The notes: a model not told the origin generated them from the letters alone. 64,000 nt of DNA from Bdellovibrionales bacterium (GCA_031370005.1 JANMPT010000110.1:96001-160000); one strand, 5' to 3'; positions 28,013 through 38,713 are shown, numbered from the stretch's first letter. Numbers and translations are program-made.

Positions 28013-30106
28013 ATGAAAACGACTGTTACTACTTCGGTGGGCGGAAAACAGATTACCATCGAAACAGGCCGTTTGGCGAAACAAGCTGATGGATCCACAC
28101 TTGTTACCTGTGGTAACAACATTGTTTTGGTCACGGCGGTTTCTAGTAAAAAAACTTCCACTCTCGATTTTTTTCCTCTGACGGTTGAGTACATCGAAAA
28201 ATTCTATGCCACTGGTAAAATTCCCGGCGGCTATTTTAAGCGCGAAGGAAAGCCAACTAATGATGCCGTTTTGACAGCTCGTCTAATCGATCGTCCAATC
28301 CGTCCGTTGTTTCCAGAAGGGTATAGACATGAAACTCAAGTGGTTGCGATGGTACTTTCTGCCGATGGTGCTTTCCCAATAGAAATATTAGCGAGCATTG
28401 GTTCCTCTGCGGCCTTGCACGTATCGGACATCCCATTTGCGGGTCCAACTGCGGCGGTTCAAGTGGGTCGGGTAGATGGTGAGTTCATTGCCAATCCAAC
28501 TCCACAACAAATGGAGAAGTCAGACATGAACATTATTGTTGCGGGCACTCGCAATGGTTTGTTGATGGTAGAGGGTGAAACGAAGTTTATTACCGAGGCA
28601 GATGCTTTGGCTGCTTTAAAATTCGGCCACCAGGCGATGTTGCCACTTTTAAATGCCCAAGATGAGTTGCGCGAAAAGACAGGATCCAAAGCGAAGCGTG
28701 CATTTATTCCTCCGCAAATAGATCCTGAATTCCGTATGAAAGCAGAAGAGTTGTTGAAAGATCAAATCGCTAAATCTTTGATGATCAAAGAAAAGCAAGA
28801 ACGTTATGCGGCTGGTGATGTCGCTCATGCTCAGGCCAAAGTAGCCTTGCTTGCAACAATCACAGACAAAGATCTTTTGAGCACTCGCTCCAAGGAGCTA
28901 TCGTCTATTGTGGAAGATCTTAAGTACAAAGCCGCTCGAAGCATGATTTTAGATAAAGCAGTTCGAATTGACGGTCGCGATGTGAGAACAGTGCGCCCTA
29001 TTGCCTGTGAGGTGGCGCTTTTGCCACGAGCCCATGGGTCTGCACTCTTCACTCGGGGTGAGACTCAGGCGCTTGGGACTGTAACTTTGGGCACTGGTGA
29101 TGATGAGCAAATGGTAGATGCACTGCTTGGCACACAAACTCGCCAATTTATGCTGCATTATAATTTTCCACCATTTTCCGTTGGGGAGGTTGGTCGTTTC
29201 GGTGGACAAGGTCGCCGGGAAATCGGTCATGGAAACTTGGCAGAACGCGCTTTAAAAGCAATTCTTCCTGATCACGCAAAATTCCCATATACAATTCGAA
29301 TTGTATCTGAAGTTTTGGAATCAAATGGCTCTAGCTCTATGGCAACAGTGTGTGCTGGTAACTTGGCACTTCTTGATGCCGGAGTGAATATCAAAGGCAA
29401 TGTTGCTGGCATTGCAATGGGTTTGATTAAAGAGGGTGATCGCATTGCGGTCTTGACTGACATTTTAGGCGATGAAGATCACTTGGGAGACATGGACTTC
29501 AAGGTTGCTGGCACTGCAACGGGGATCACTGCGCTTCAAATGGATATTAAAATTGACTCAGTTTCTTTTGCGGTGATGGAACAAGCATTATCACAAGCCA
29601 AAGACGGCCGTGTTCATATTTTGGGTGAAATGGAAAAAGTGATAAAATTGGCTCGTGGTCAAATTTCTGAATTTGCCCCACGTATTGAGACAATCAAAAT
29701 TAAGCCAGATAAAATCCGCGAAGTTATCGGTGCTGGTGGCAAAGTTATTCGCAGTATCACAGAGGCAACGGGAGTGAAAATTGAAATTCAAGATGACGGG
29801 ACTATCAATATAGCTTCAGCCGATCCTGAAGCAACGAAAAGAGCAATCATCATGATCAACGAGATCATTGCTGAGGCCGAAGTTGGTAAGGCTTATAAGG
29901 GGCGTGTTGTAAAGATTGCAGAGTTCGGAGCTTTCGTCGAGATTCTTCCGAATACTCAAGGCTTACTACATATTTCTGAGATTGCTAACGAGAGAATTCG
30001 CAGTGTCACTGATGTGCTGAAAGAAGGCGACATGATCGATGTCAAAGTTCTTGAGGTGGATCGTGCAGGACGCATTAAACTTTCTCGTAAAGCCTTACTC
30101 AATTAA
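28013..30106 (+). CDS. pnp: Polyribonucleotide nucleotidyltransferase
   Basis: ETGRLAKQADG, DFFPLTVEY, FTRGETQ, ESNGSSSMA, GDMDFKVAG, KH and S1 domains; AAGGAG SD. Confidence 0.99.
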   Translation: MKTTVTTSVGGKQITIETGRLAKQADGSTLVTCGNNIVLVTAVSSKKTSTLDFFPLTVEYIEKFYATGKIPGGYFKREGKPTNDAVLTARLIDRPIRPLFPEGYRHETQVVAMVLSADGAFPIEILASIGSSAALHVSDIPFAGPTAAVQVGRVDGEFIANPTPQQMEKSDMNIIVAGTRNGLLMVEGETKFITEADALAALKFGHQAMLPLLNAQDELREKTGSKAKRAFIPPQIDPEFRMKAEELLKDQIAKSLMIKEKQERYAAGDVAHAQAKVALLATITDKDLLSTRSKELSSIVEDLKYKAARSMILDKAVRIDGRDVRTVRPIACEVALLPRAHGSALFTRGETQALGTVTLGTGDDEQMVDALLGTQTRQFMLHYNFPPFSVGEVGRFGGQGRREIGHGNLAERALKAILPDHAKFPYTIRIVSEVLESNGSSSMATVCAGNLALLDAGVNIKGNVAGIAMGLIKEGDRIAVLTDILGDEDHLGDMDFKVAGTATGITALQMDIKIDSVSFAVMEQALSQAKDGRVHILGEMEKVIKLARGQISEFAPRIETIKIKPDKIREVIGAGGKVIRSITEATGVKIEIQDDGTINIASADPEATKRAIIMINEIIAEAEVGKAYKGRVVKIAEFGAFVEILPNTQGLLHISEIANERIRSVTDVLKEGDMIDVKVLEVDRAGRIKLSRKALLN

Positions 30107-31371
30107 TGATTCCTTTTCACAAGTCTGAATTAGACAATGGTATTCGGGTGCTGAGTGAACAGCATCCGGATTCTCGAGCGGTGTCTATAGGAATTTGGGT
30201 CCTTACGGGCACCCGTGATGAAGCTGCTAGTGAAGGTGGTATTTCGCATCTTCTAGAACATCTTGTGTTTAAGGGTACAAAAACTCGCTCTGCCTATCAA
30301 ATTGCAAAATCTCTTGAAGCGCTTGGGGGTGATCTCAACGCTTATACGACTCGCGAATATACCTGCTATCATGCTTTGGTATTAAAAGATCATTGGGAAA
30401 AGGCACTGGATGTATTGTGTGATTTAATCAGTAACATGCAGATTTCCAGTAACGACTTTCGTTTAGAAAAGGGTGTGATTTTGCAAGAGATTGCAATGAC
30501 TGATGATACTCCAGAAGAGTTGATCTATGATGTTCTCTTTGAAAAGACCTATGCTGGAAATCCTGTTTCTACACCTATTTTGGGAACTATAAAATCAGTT
30601 GCGAGCATCTCGCAAAATAAAACAATGAATTACTATAAGTCTCGTTATACCGGTAAAAATATTATTATAACTGCAGCGGGAAACTTAGACCATCAAGAGT
30701 TTCTGGATGCTGTTGGAAAAAGACTAGCGAGGAAAAGAAAGGCTAAATTTTCTGCAAATCGTGAGCGTCCTCGGTGGAAGTCAGCACGTACTGTATGTGA
30801 GAAGTCTTCCGAACAAACGCATATGCTGATGGGACTTCCAACAGCGAGTTTTCAAGACTCACAAAGATTTGAAGCCTATATTGTGAATACTCTATTGGGC
30901 GGCGGCATGACTTCGAAGCTCTATCAAAGTGTGCGGGAGAAGAAGGGCTTGGTTTATTCTATCCATAGTATGTTGAATACATTTGTGGATTCTGGCTCTC
31001 TGTTGATTTATGCAGGAACAGACGTCAAGAGCGTCCGTAAAGTTTCTGAGATCGTATCTAAAGAGTTACGGAAGTTAAAAAAAACGGGAATTACTGTTTC
31101 TGATTTAGAACTTTTCAAGACTCAAGTTATCGGTAGCATTTTGCTTGGATCTGATGATATTGAAAATCGCATGACTTCTATTGCGGTCAATGAAATGGTT
31201 TTCGGTGATTACCGATCCGTCGATTCGGTGATTCAGCAAATCCAAAAGGTGACTCAGACTTCTGTAAACGAGTTTATTCGCGAGAAGTTTGACACCAGCA
31301 AAATTGCAGGGGTTCTTATGGGATCCGGTGTTGATGGTCTAAGTAAGTGGTGGAAGGATTTTGAGTTCTAG
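30106..31371 (+). CDS. M16 (pitrilysin) family zinc peptidase
   Basis: HLLEHLVFKGT (HXXEH), NAYT.RE.T.Y, LGGGMTSKLYQSVREKKGLVYSI. Confidence 0.93.
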   Translation: MIPFHKSELDNGIRVLSEQHPDSRAVSIGIWVLTGTRDEAASEGGISHLLEHLVFKGTKTRSAYQIAKSLEALGGDLNAYTTREYTCYHALVLKDHWEKALDVLCDLISNMQISSNDFRLEKGVILQEIAMTDDTPEELIYDVLFEKTYAGNPVSTPILGTIKSVASISQNKTMNYYKSRYTGKNIIITAAGNLDHQEFLDAVGKRLARKRKAKFSANRERPRWKSARTVCEKSSEQTHMLMGLPTASFQDSQRFEAYIVNTLLGGGMTSKLYQSVREKKGLVYSIHSMLNTFVDSGSLLIYAGTDVKSVRKVSEIVSKELRKLKKTGITVSDLELFKTQVIGSILLGSDDIENRMTSIAVNEMVFGDYRSVDSVIQQIQKVTQTSVNEFIREKFDTSKIAGVLMGSGVDGLSKWWKDFEF

Positions 31372-31395
31372 TTGCTGATTCATTGAGGGAGAAAA

Positions 31396-31845
31396 ATGAA
31401 AACACTAATTGTGAAAATTAAAAAGCTAGAAAACTTTAAAGGTGAAATTCCTCAGTACCAGTCGACGGGGGCAAGCGGCGTTGATGTTCGTGCTCAGTTA
31501 AGTGCTCCAATGACTTTAAAACCTGGTGAGCGTGCGATGATTCCTACAGGCTTGAGCTTTGAGATTCCTCTTGGCTTTGAGATTCAAGCTCGACCACGTA
31601 GCGGTATTGCTGCAAAGCAAGGAATTACGCTTCTAAATACTCCAGGTACAATTGATGCGGACTATCGTGGAGAGGTAAAAATTATTATAATCAATTTAGG
31701 CCAAGAAAGCGTTCTCATACAAGATCAAGAGCGCGTGGCGCAGCTGGTGATTGCACCTGTGATTCAAGCTCAATTTGAAGTCGTGGACGAACTGTCCCCC
31801 ACGGAGCGTGGTATCGGTGGTTTCGGCTCCACGGGGCGTGCATAG
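31396..31845 (+). CDS. dut: dUTPase
   Basis: ASGVD, RPRSG, GTIDADYRGE, RGIGGFGSTG. Confidence 0.97.
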   Translation: MKTLIVKIKKLENFKGEIPQYQSTGASGVDVRAQLSAPMTLKPGERAMIPTGLSFEIPLGFEIQARPRSGIAAKQGITLLNTPGTIDADYRGEVKIIIINLGQESVLIQDQERVAQLVIAPVIQAQFEVVDELSPTERGIGGFGSTGRA

Positions 31846-31851
31846 TCTTAT

Positions 31852-32445
31852 CTACGGCTGCTCAGTAGATGTCGTCTGGTGACTGCCAACTCGATCAAGG
31901 CGATAGTTGGCTACTTTGTTTCCGATCCAAACTAAGAGGACAATGGCAAAGAGCACTGAAGCAAGACGAATGGCTCGACGCTTTTCCATTTGAAAGTTTT
32001 CAGTCAAACCAACAGCAATGAGCATTGTTGAGAAAGCAAATCCAATCAATGTAATTGGCGGCAGAAGGCTTGAGCCAATCTGCAGAATAAAAAAAGGAAT
32101 ACTAGAAAGAACAGCGAGTGTGAAAAGCTTTAGGGATGGGACTGTCTTTTTCTCAAAAACCTGAAAAAAGTAATAAAGAAATGCTGTCAAAACTGAGACC
32201 ATCATTGTGGCAACAAAAGGAGTTACGATAATGCCGGCAAGGATGCTAAAAAATCCTGGTTTGGTGAGGCCTGCAATAAAACCAGAAATCATCGCACAAA
32301 TAATTTGCACCCAGATGAGAGTTTTCCAAGACCAATTTGGCAGATGACCTATTTCGTAGATAGGATGCTTCAAGAACTGCAAAATATACTTTGCAGTTCC
32401 CTTGATGTTTTGTTCCTGTTGAGTTGGTCCACTGACATCTCTCAT
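31852..32445 (-). CDS. Yip1-like multi-TM membrane protein
   Basis: About 5 hydrophobic segments; FLKHP..E N-terminal pattern. Confidence 0.6.
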   Translation of the reverse strand: MRDVSGPTQQEQNIKGTAKYILQFLKHPIYEIGHLPNWSWKTLIWVQIICAMISGFIAGLTKPGFFSILAGIIVTPFVATMMVSVLTAFLYYFFQVFEKKTVPSLKLFTLAVLSSIPFFILQIGSSLLPPITLIGFAFSTMLIAVGLTENFQMEKRRAIRLASVLFAIVLLVWIGNKVANYRLDRVGSHQTTSTEQP

Positions 32446-32491
32446 TGAATAATTGCAACATTATTAAAGACTTCTGGCAAGATGAAATTGT

Positions 32492-33085
32492 TTAGGTGAG
32501 AAAGTCCTGTTCGCCATTTTCCTGCATTTTGTGAAGTAGCCATGTAGCAGAGGTGGGGAATTGAAGGCCAAGGTCTTCAGATGCTGGCAGCCGAAGAGGA
32601 AAACAACTCCATGAGTGAAGCTTGTAGCTCCAAATAAGAAAGCTGTTGATGTTTTCATTTTTTATAACGGGTTCCTTGGCATTTTTTAAGATTGTGGCAC
32701 TGGCCACGACGCAGGATTCTTCGAATAGTCCTCTCAGCTCGGAGAAGCTGAAGTCATCACAAATAAAGTGATACTTTTTTTCTTTGCTCTCGTGGAGTTT
32801 TAAAAATTTTTTCATTTTAGAAAAGCGAGCTGGACCACGCCACGGAAGATGGAGAGTGAAAACTTCGTAGCCATGCTCGGCGAGTATTTCGGGATAAGCG
32901 TTCCAATATTTTCGAAAATAAAAAATACTACGAGGGCCAGTAATAAAAACCACCGGCTTCCGTGTCAAAAGACGGTTTGGCTTTAATTCAAATCTGTATC
33001 GGCGATACTCACGGTAAAGATTGGTTAGGACTGCAAAGCAAAGAACAAGAAAAGGAAAAAAAAGAACAGAGATAATATATTCCAC
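32492..33085 (-). CDS. Membrane-anchored protein with degenerate alpha/beta-hydrolase-like N-terminal half
   Basis: N-terminal TM; PVVFITG..YW....ILAEHGYEV; no GxSxG. Confidence 0.55.
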   Translation of the reverse strand: MEYIISVLFFPFLVLCFAVLTNLYREYRRYRFELKPNRLLTRKPVVFITGPRSIFYFRKYWNAYPEILAEHGYEVFTLHLPWRGPARFSKMKKFLKLHESKEKKYHFICDDFSFSELRGLFEESCVVASATILKNAKEPVIKNENINSFLIWSYKLHSWSCFPLRLPASEDLGLQFPTSATWLLHKMQENGEQDFLT

Positions 33086-33096
33086 ATTATTAATTT

Positions 33097-33753
33097 TTAT
33101 AAAGATGTATCCAGGCGTAAAGCGAAATCGACAGAATTTTTATCTATATTTTTTCCTAAGATAGAAGTGCGGCCACCAACCTCAAAACCTAAGCGGATAT
33201 TCTTATGAATATCCGCCAAAACTCCCATCCCGGCAGTAAGTGAGGGTGTGAATTCGTTCACGGAATAGTTTTGGGCAGGGTTGCTTGCTTGAATTAAGCG
33301 GCCAGAAAAACCTGTGAAGATATTGAATTTCCATGGAACCGTAATGGCATTGATATAACCCAGGCGGCCATCCACCTGTAGAATTTGCAAGTCTTCTTGA
33401 TTAATTGTACTGCCTGAAAAATTGCGCAAGATGCCTTCGGCATATAGATTGGGAGAGTCTAAATTCATACTTGCAGAGAGTTGCAATCCATTCTGAGATC
33501 TTTCGGTATTACTGCGATTCACATTGAGCTGAGTGAGGCTATGAACGTAGCCAACTCCAAGGTGAGTTTCATTCATTGGAGCTTTTTTCTTGAGTTCCAC
33601 CGTAGATTTTTTAGTATTGAGTTCGTTCACCAATTCATCATAAGTAATTTCTTGATAGCCTTCGCTAAGGTTTCCTATGGCCCAGACCATAGTGCTGGAG
33701 AATTGAATAAGAAGGCCTGATGCTACAATTTTAAAAAAACTTTTGTATGTCAT
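33097..33753 (-). CDS. Exported, probable outer-membrane beta-barrel protein
   Basis: Signal peptide plus alternating beta-strand pattern. Confidence 0.6.
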   Translation of the reverse strand: MTYKSFFKIVASGLLIQFSSTMVWAIGNLSEGYQEITYDELVNELNTKKSTVELKKKAPMNETHLGVGYVHSLTQLNVNRSNTERSQNGLQLSASMNLDSPNLYAEGILRNFSGSTINQEDLQILQVDGRLGYINAITVPWKFNIFTGFSGRLIQASNPAQNYSVNEFTPSLTAGMGVLADIHKNIRLGFEVGGRTSILGKNIDKNSVDFALRLDTSL

Positions 33754-33855
33754 ACGGCCAGTCTAACAAAGAAAAAGAAGGATTTGCAAAAAAAGCTCAT
33801 AGCTCTGGACTTTCACAGGGGGGATATTTTCGGCAGAATAAGAACAGGAGCCTAT

Positions 33856-34323
33856 TTGCCAATATTAAAATTTAAAAACAATTGTTACTGCGCCTTTTGC
33901 CGCACACCGCGAAGAATCTATAAGAAGCGAAATATTGGTTTCTTAAATGTTCTTTATGCGGCGATGGCCTCGGCGGTTGCAATGTATGGCTTTTGGAGTG
34001 CTTTTGATCCGCGGGTTCTAGTGATTTTCGCGGTCTCTTTAGCGATCACTGAAATTTTTATTCAGATTCGCTGGCGTTTGTCGGTGCCTTGTAAGCAATG
34101 CGGTTTTGATCCAGTTCAATATGTGAAAGATCCAGAAAAAGCCGTTGAGAAGGTGACAACGCATTTGCAGCAGCGTCGTCTTGATCCGAACTATTTACTT
34201 GCTAGGCCTTTGAATTTGCCAACGATCTCTCCAGAAAAGGCAGAGGCTCTGCAAAACGTGCAACAAAAAAATATCGCTCGGAATAAAGATAAAAAAGGTA
34301 TTTTGGTTTCTCGCCAAGCCTAA
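33856..34323 (+). CDS. Membrane protein with CxxC pairs flanking two TM helices
   Basis: CAFC, two TMs, CKQC; TTG 33856 with AGGAG SD (start uncertain). Confidence 0.65.
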   Translation: MPILKFKNNCYCAFCRTPRRIYKKRNIGFLNVLYAAMASAVAMYGFWSAFDPRVLVIFAVSLAITEIFIQIRWRLSVPCKQCGFDPVQYVKDPEKAVEKVTTHLQQRRLDPNYLLARPLNLPTISPEKAEALQNVQQKNIARNKDKKGILVSRQA

Positions 34324-34379
34324 GATAGACTTAAATAATGATTGAGAAATGAGGTCTAGGGTATTACTCTGGCCTCACT

Positions 34380-35075
34380 ATGAAAGTACTCATTATCATT
34401 CCTACTTATAATGAAAAAGAAAATATTCAAAATATCGTGCAAGCTGTTTTTGCACAAAACTTAGGCGTTGATATTTTGATTGTGGATGATAGCTCTCCAG
34501 ATGGAACGGCTCAAATCGTTCAAGGGCTTCAAAAAAGTAATTCTAAGCTTCATTTGCTTTCCCGGCCTGGTAAACAGGGCCTGGGCCGCGCATATATTGC
34601 AGGTTTTAATTGGGGCATAGAACAAGGCTACGATATTTTAACCGAAATGGATGCGGATTTCTCCCATCGTCCTGAGGACTTGGGGCTCTTGCTCGATAAA
34701 TTAAGTGACCATGATTTTGCAGTGGGCTCACGTTATGTTGAGGGTGGACGTACGGTGAATTGGGGAATCATGAGGAAAATCATTTCCCGCAGCGGTGGTG
34801 TTTACTCTCGATTGATTTTAGGTTTCCCGCTGAATGATTGGACAGGTGGATTTAATGCTTGGAAGAAGGAAGTTTTACTTGGCATAGATCTCAGTACTGT
34901 CGCTTCAAATGGTTATAGCTTTCAAATAGAACTCAAATATAAAGCTCTGAAAAAAGGCTTTAAAGGAGCTGAGTCCCCGATTATTTTTGAAGATCGTCGG
35001 GTCGGTCACAGCAAGATGTCTTTTAGAATAGTAATCGAAGCTTTTTATCGAGTATGGCTGATGCGTTTTAAATAG
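34380..35075 (+). CDS. Polyprenol-phosphate mannosyltransferase-like GT2
   Basis: IIPTYNE, VDDSSPDGT, GLGRAY, MDADFSH, GSRY, GYSFQIE. Confidence 0.92.
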   Translation: MKVLIIIPTYNEKENIQNIVQAVFAQNLGVDILIVDDSSPDGTAQIVQGLQKSNSKLHLLSRPGKQGLGRAYIAGFNWGIEQGYDILTEMDADFSHRPEDLGLLLDKLSDHDFAVGSRYVEGGRTVNWGIMRKIISRSGGVYSRLILGFPLNDWTGGFNAWKKEVLLGIDLSTVASNGYSFQIELKYKALKKGFKGAESPIIFEDRRVGHSKMSFRIVIEAFYRVWLMRFK

Positions 35076-35086
35076 GTACAAAAGTT

Positions 35087-35926
35087 ATGAACTACCTTTT
35101 TTTTATGATTTTGTTTTTTGTAGGATTTGGTGCCTCGGCTCAATCGCAGAAAGCTATGGTCATTAACGATGGAGCCCTTGTTTACAAAAATGCAGATTTT
35201 GATGCGCCGGTATTGACTCGACTGAGGGCTGGCAAGGTTTACGATATTTCCTTGAAGACCAAAGGCCCATTTTACAAAGTCCGTATTAAACCCGGAGTAA
35301 TAGGTTGGATTGCTGACATCGACGTCCGCCTTGGCAAAGGAGCTAAATTAGCGAAAGGGCGCACGGGGAAAATTAATTCGAAAAATAATGTAGCAAAGAA
35401 ACAACCGCAAAAGTCTTTTTATGCCAGTCGCTATCGTGGGCCTCTGATTTCCTATTTATCTTACAGCGAAAACAGTATGGGCGCTTTGCATTCTCAGAAC
35501 TTACCATTTTATGGGGTGAAGGTGGCGGGTCCTGACACCATGTTTAGTGGTGACTTTAGAACTGATGCTGAATTTTTATTCCACTTCGGCGCTCCAAGCT
35601 ATTATGAAAAAGGCACTGGCTTTCCGGCGAGCGGTTGGATTTTTCAAACTGATTTTATTTTTGAGACGGCGTCTCCCCAAAGCAAATGGCATATGCTGAC
35701 CTATGGCTTTGGTCCAATGTTTAAATACTCCCATTATGAAGTGACTCTTTTGCAAAATGCGAAGCCAGTGTCGTATAGCCTTGATGATATGACTTTAGGA
35801 GCAGTTTTTGACCTGGGTTTGAGTTTTCGAATTGCGTCTACCTACGCACTGCGTTTTAACATCAAGTACTACTGGGAAAAGACCAAGTATTGGGGGGGGA
35901 GTCTCACTTTTGGTTTTCCTTTTTAA
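35087..35926 (+). CDS. Exported SH3-domain plus beta-barrel protein
   Basis: Signal peptide; ALVY...DFDAPVL..FYKVR....IGWI (SH3b-like); beta-strand C-half ending in Phe. Confidence 0.65.
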   Translation: MNYLFFMILFFVGFGASAQSQKAMVINDGALVYKNADFDAPVLTRLRAGKVYDISLKTKGPFYKVRIKPGVIGWIADIDVRLGKGAKLAKGRTGKINSKNNVAKKQPQKSFYASRYRGPLISYLSYSENSMGALHSQNLPFYGVKVAGPDTMFSGDFRTDAEFLFHFGAPSYYEKGTGFPASGWIFQTDFIFETASPQSKWHMLTYGFGPMFKYSHYEVTLLQNAKPVSYSLDDMTLGAVFDLGLSFRIASTYALRFNIKYYWEKTKYWGGSLTFGFPF

Positions 35927-35949
35927 GCCCCGCGCGGTACTGAATTTCT

Positions 35950-37692
35950 ATGTCAATTCAAGTATTGCCTCCTGAAGTGATCGATCAAATTGCCGCTGGT
36001 GAAGTGGTAGAAAGACCAGCGCATCTTGTGAAGGAGCTGGTGGAAAACAGCATTGATGCCGGCGCCACTGCAGTCACTGTGGAGTTTTCTGAAGGTGGCC
36101 GTTATGTAAAGGTTATCGATAACGGTAGGGGCATTTCCCCCGAACAATTGCCAAAGGCTTTGGAAAGATTTGCCACTAGTAAAATTTCAAAAAGCGATGA
36201 TCTTTGGAAGTTGCATACCTTTGGGTTTAGAGGTGAAGCTCTTGCAAGTATCGCAGCAGTGAGTAAGCTGAATCTAACCTCACGGCCACCTGGGGCAGAG
36301 AAGGCGCATCAGCTTTTGAGCGAGTACGGCAAGAAAATGTCTGTGGATGCAGTGGGCGGTTCTGAGGGAACCTCGATTACAATTCAAGAACTTTTTGCCA
36401 ATGTTCCTGCTCGTTTAAAATTCTTAAAATCGGATGCAGCAGAAGGCACACAAATTAAAACAACCTTGAAGGCTTTGGCTCTGGCGCATGCTGAGATAGA
36501 GTTTCGAGTTTATGAAAAAAATGAGTTGGTATTTTTCTGGCCATCTTGCATATCCCGTAAGGATCGTGTTGAACAAATTTTAGAAATTAAACCTATGTAC
36601 GTGGGGCAGGCGCAACGTGAGAACGTGATGGCCTATGCCGTTTTTGCAGATCCTCATCAAGTTGCAAAAACTGGAAGAAGTGTTTGGCTGTTTGCTCAAA
36701 ACCGCTGGGTTCAAGACCGCAGCATGCAAGCTGCAGTGATGGAAGCATATCGAAATCTGCTCATGCATGGTGAGTACCCTATTGTGGTCGTTTGGTTGGA
36801 GGTGGACCCTGAATATATCGACGTGAATATTCACCCGACGAAATCGCAAGTAAAGTTTCACAATCCATCTCTCGTATTTAGAGCGGTGCAAGCGGCAATA
36901 AGAGAAACTTTAGAAAAAGCGCCATGGACACCAGAAGTGCAAAAGGGGCCACGTGACTCTGGTTTAGGCGAATCCATGATTACTCCTCAGGTACAGTCGT
37001 CTTTTGCTCACCAAGATTTTCATGTCACTCAATTTCAAAAGAAAGATTTTTCCTTGAAAATCATGGAGAGCCCCGTTTCGACCATTTCAATGGAAGCGTC
37101 AAGCGGCTATTGGTCCACCTTAGAGGTCCTCGGGCAGGCAAATCTCACCTATATTATATGCCAAAGTCGCGACAAATTGGTTTTCGTAGATCAACATGCG
37201 GCTCATGAACGTGTGGTCTTTGAAAGATTGATGGACGCATGGAGGGGGAGCAAAATGGAAGTGCAAGAGTTTCTTTTCCCTCTTGTTGTGGACTTAACAC
37301 CTGATAAGATCGAAGCCCTGCAAAACTTTTTTCCAGATCTTGAAAAACTCGGTGTTTTTTTAGAGGTTCTGGGGCCTATAACTGTAGGAGTAAGAGCCGC
37401 GCCAACATTAATTAAAGAGTCGATTCTAAGCTCTGTGCTTGATAAAATGGCAGGTGACGTTCTAGATCTTGGTGGAAGCTTCCGAATGGAAAAAGTTGTC
37501 GGTGATATTTGTGCAACGATGTCTTGTCACTCCGTCGTGCGCGCTGGACAGGCATTGAGTGCTGAGCAGATGAGGAGTCTTCTTTCTGAAATGGATGAAT
37601 ACCCATTATCGAGCTTCTGTCCTCATGGTCGCCCAGTTTCTGTCGAATACCCTTACATAAAACTCGAAAGAGATTTCGGACGTATTGTCTAA
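35950..37692 (+). CDS. mutL: DNA mismatch repair endonuclease MutL
   Basis: IAAGEVVERP, KELVENSIDAGA, GFRGEALASI, DVNIHPTK, DQHAAHER, CPHGRP. Confidence 0.98.
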   Translation: MSIQVLPPEVIDQIAAGEVVERPAHLVKELVENSIDAGATAVTVEFSEGGRYVKVIDNGRGISPEQLPKALERFATSKISKSDDLWKLHTFGFRGEALASIAAVSKLNLTSRPPGAEKAHQLLSEYGKKMSVDAVGGSEGTSITIQELFANVPARLKFLKSDAAEGTQIKTTLKALALAHAEIEFRVYEKNELVFFWPSCISRKDRVEQILEIKPMYVGQAQRENVMAYAVFADPHQVAKTGRSVWLFAQNRWVQDRSMQAAVMEAYRNLLMHGEYPIVVVWLEVDPEYIDVNIHPTKSQVKFHNPSLVFRAVQAAIRETLEKAPWTPEVQKGPRDSGLGESMITPQVQSSFAHQDFHVTQFQKKDFSLKIMESPVSTISMEASSGYWSTLEVLGQANLTYIICQSRDKLVFVDQHAAHERVVFERLMDAWRGSKMEVQEFLFPLVVDLTPDKIEALQNFFPDLEKLGVFLEVLGPITVGVRAAPTLIKESILSSVLDKMAGDVLDLGGSFRMEKVVGDICATMSCHSVVRAGQALSAEQMRSLLSEMDEYPLSSFCPHGRPVSVEYPYIKLERDFGRIV

Positions 37693-38627
37693 TGAGGACA
37701 GCAAAACCAGTTGTTTTTGTTGTGGGCGCGACTGCCTCAGGAAAGAGTCAGTGGGGCTTGGATTTGGCAAGAAGTTTTTCTGGTGCTATTGTGAACTGTG
37801 ATAGCGTCCAGCTTTATAAATCTCTAGATATTGGTACGGCCAAACCCACTCATGAAGAGATGAGTATGGTCCCACATTACTTATATGACTATGTCCCAGA
37901 AGGGGCGACAATGACTGCTGGGAATTACTGCCGTGATTTCTTTCTTTGTATGGAAAAATTGCCTGTGGAAAAGCCTGCTTTTGTTATAGGTGGAACAGGA
38001 TTTTATTTTCAAGCCATCGAAAAGGGTATGTACCCAGTACGCCAGACCTCTATGGCGATTCAAAATGAAATCGCTGAAGTTATGAAGACAACAGGGGGGG
38101 TTGAGACACTTTACGCTGAATTTCAGCGTGTGGACCCTGAGGCTGCTAGAAAAATTCATGTACAAGATCATTATCGTTTGGGACGCGCCATGGAGCTTAT
38201 TCGCGCCGAAGGCAAAACGCTGACTCAGATTCAAAAAGAGTTCAGTGAAAAACAAACTCCATTTCCCTATCCCTTATTGAAGCTTGGCCTCCGCTGGGAT
38301 CGTGAAGTTTTGCGGGAGCGAGTTGGCCTTCGCACTCAAAAAATATTGGATGCAGGGCTTGTGGCTGAAGTCGAGGGCTTATTGGCTCGTGGCTTTGGAG
38401 AATGGCCGGCCTTAAAAAGCGTTGGCTATAAAGAGGTCCTTGAATTTCTTCGTGAGGGAAAGTCCCAGCGCTGGCTTTATGACAATATCGTGCAAAATAC
38501 CATGGGCTTGGTCAAGAGACAAAGAACTTGGTTTCAACGTGACAAGGAAATTCGCTGGTTTAGTGGTGCAACAGGTTTTCATCAGGCCCTTGAAGAGGTT
38601 GAGAAATTTCTAACTTCCCATAGGTAA
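37692..38627 (+). CDS. miaA: tRNA dimethylallyltransferase
   Basis: GATASGKS, DSVQLYK.LDIGTAKP, GGTGFY, KRQRTWF. Confidence 0.97.
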   Translation: MRTAKPVVFVVGATASGKSQWGLDLARSFSGAIVNCDSVQLYKSLDIGTAKPTHEEMSMVPHYLYDYVPEGATMTAGNYCRDFFLCMEKLPVEKPAFVIGGTGFYFQAIEKGMYPVRQTSMAIQNEIAEVMKTTGGVETLYAEFQRVDPEAARKIHVQDHYRLGRAMELIRAEGKTLTQIQKEFSEKQTPFPYPLLKLGLRWDREVLRERVGLRTQKILDAGLVAEVEGLLARGFGEWPALKSVGYKEVLEFLREGKSQRWLYDNIVQNTMGLVKRQRTWFQRDKEIRWFSGATGFHQALEEVEKFLTSHR

Positions 38628-38713
38628 AGTAGCCAAGGCTCAAACAGAGGTTCTTGGCGACTTCGAAAGAAATACTCCCAATTGGGTAAAGGCTAATGTA
38701 TCGTGGAGAGCAT

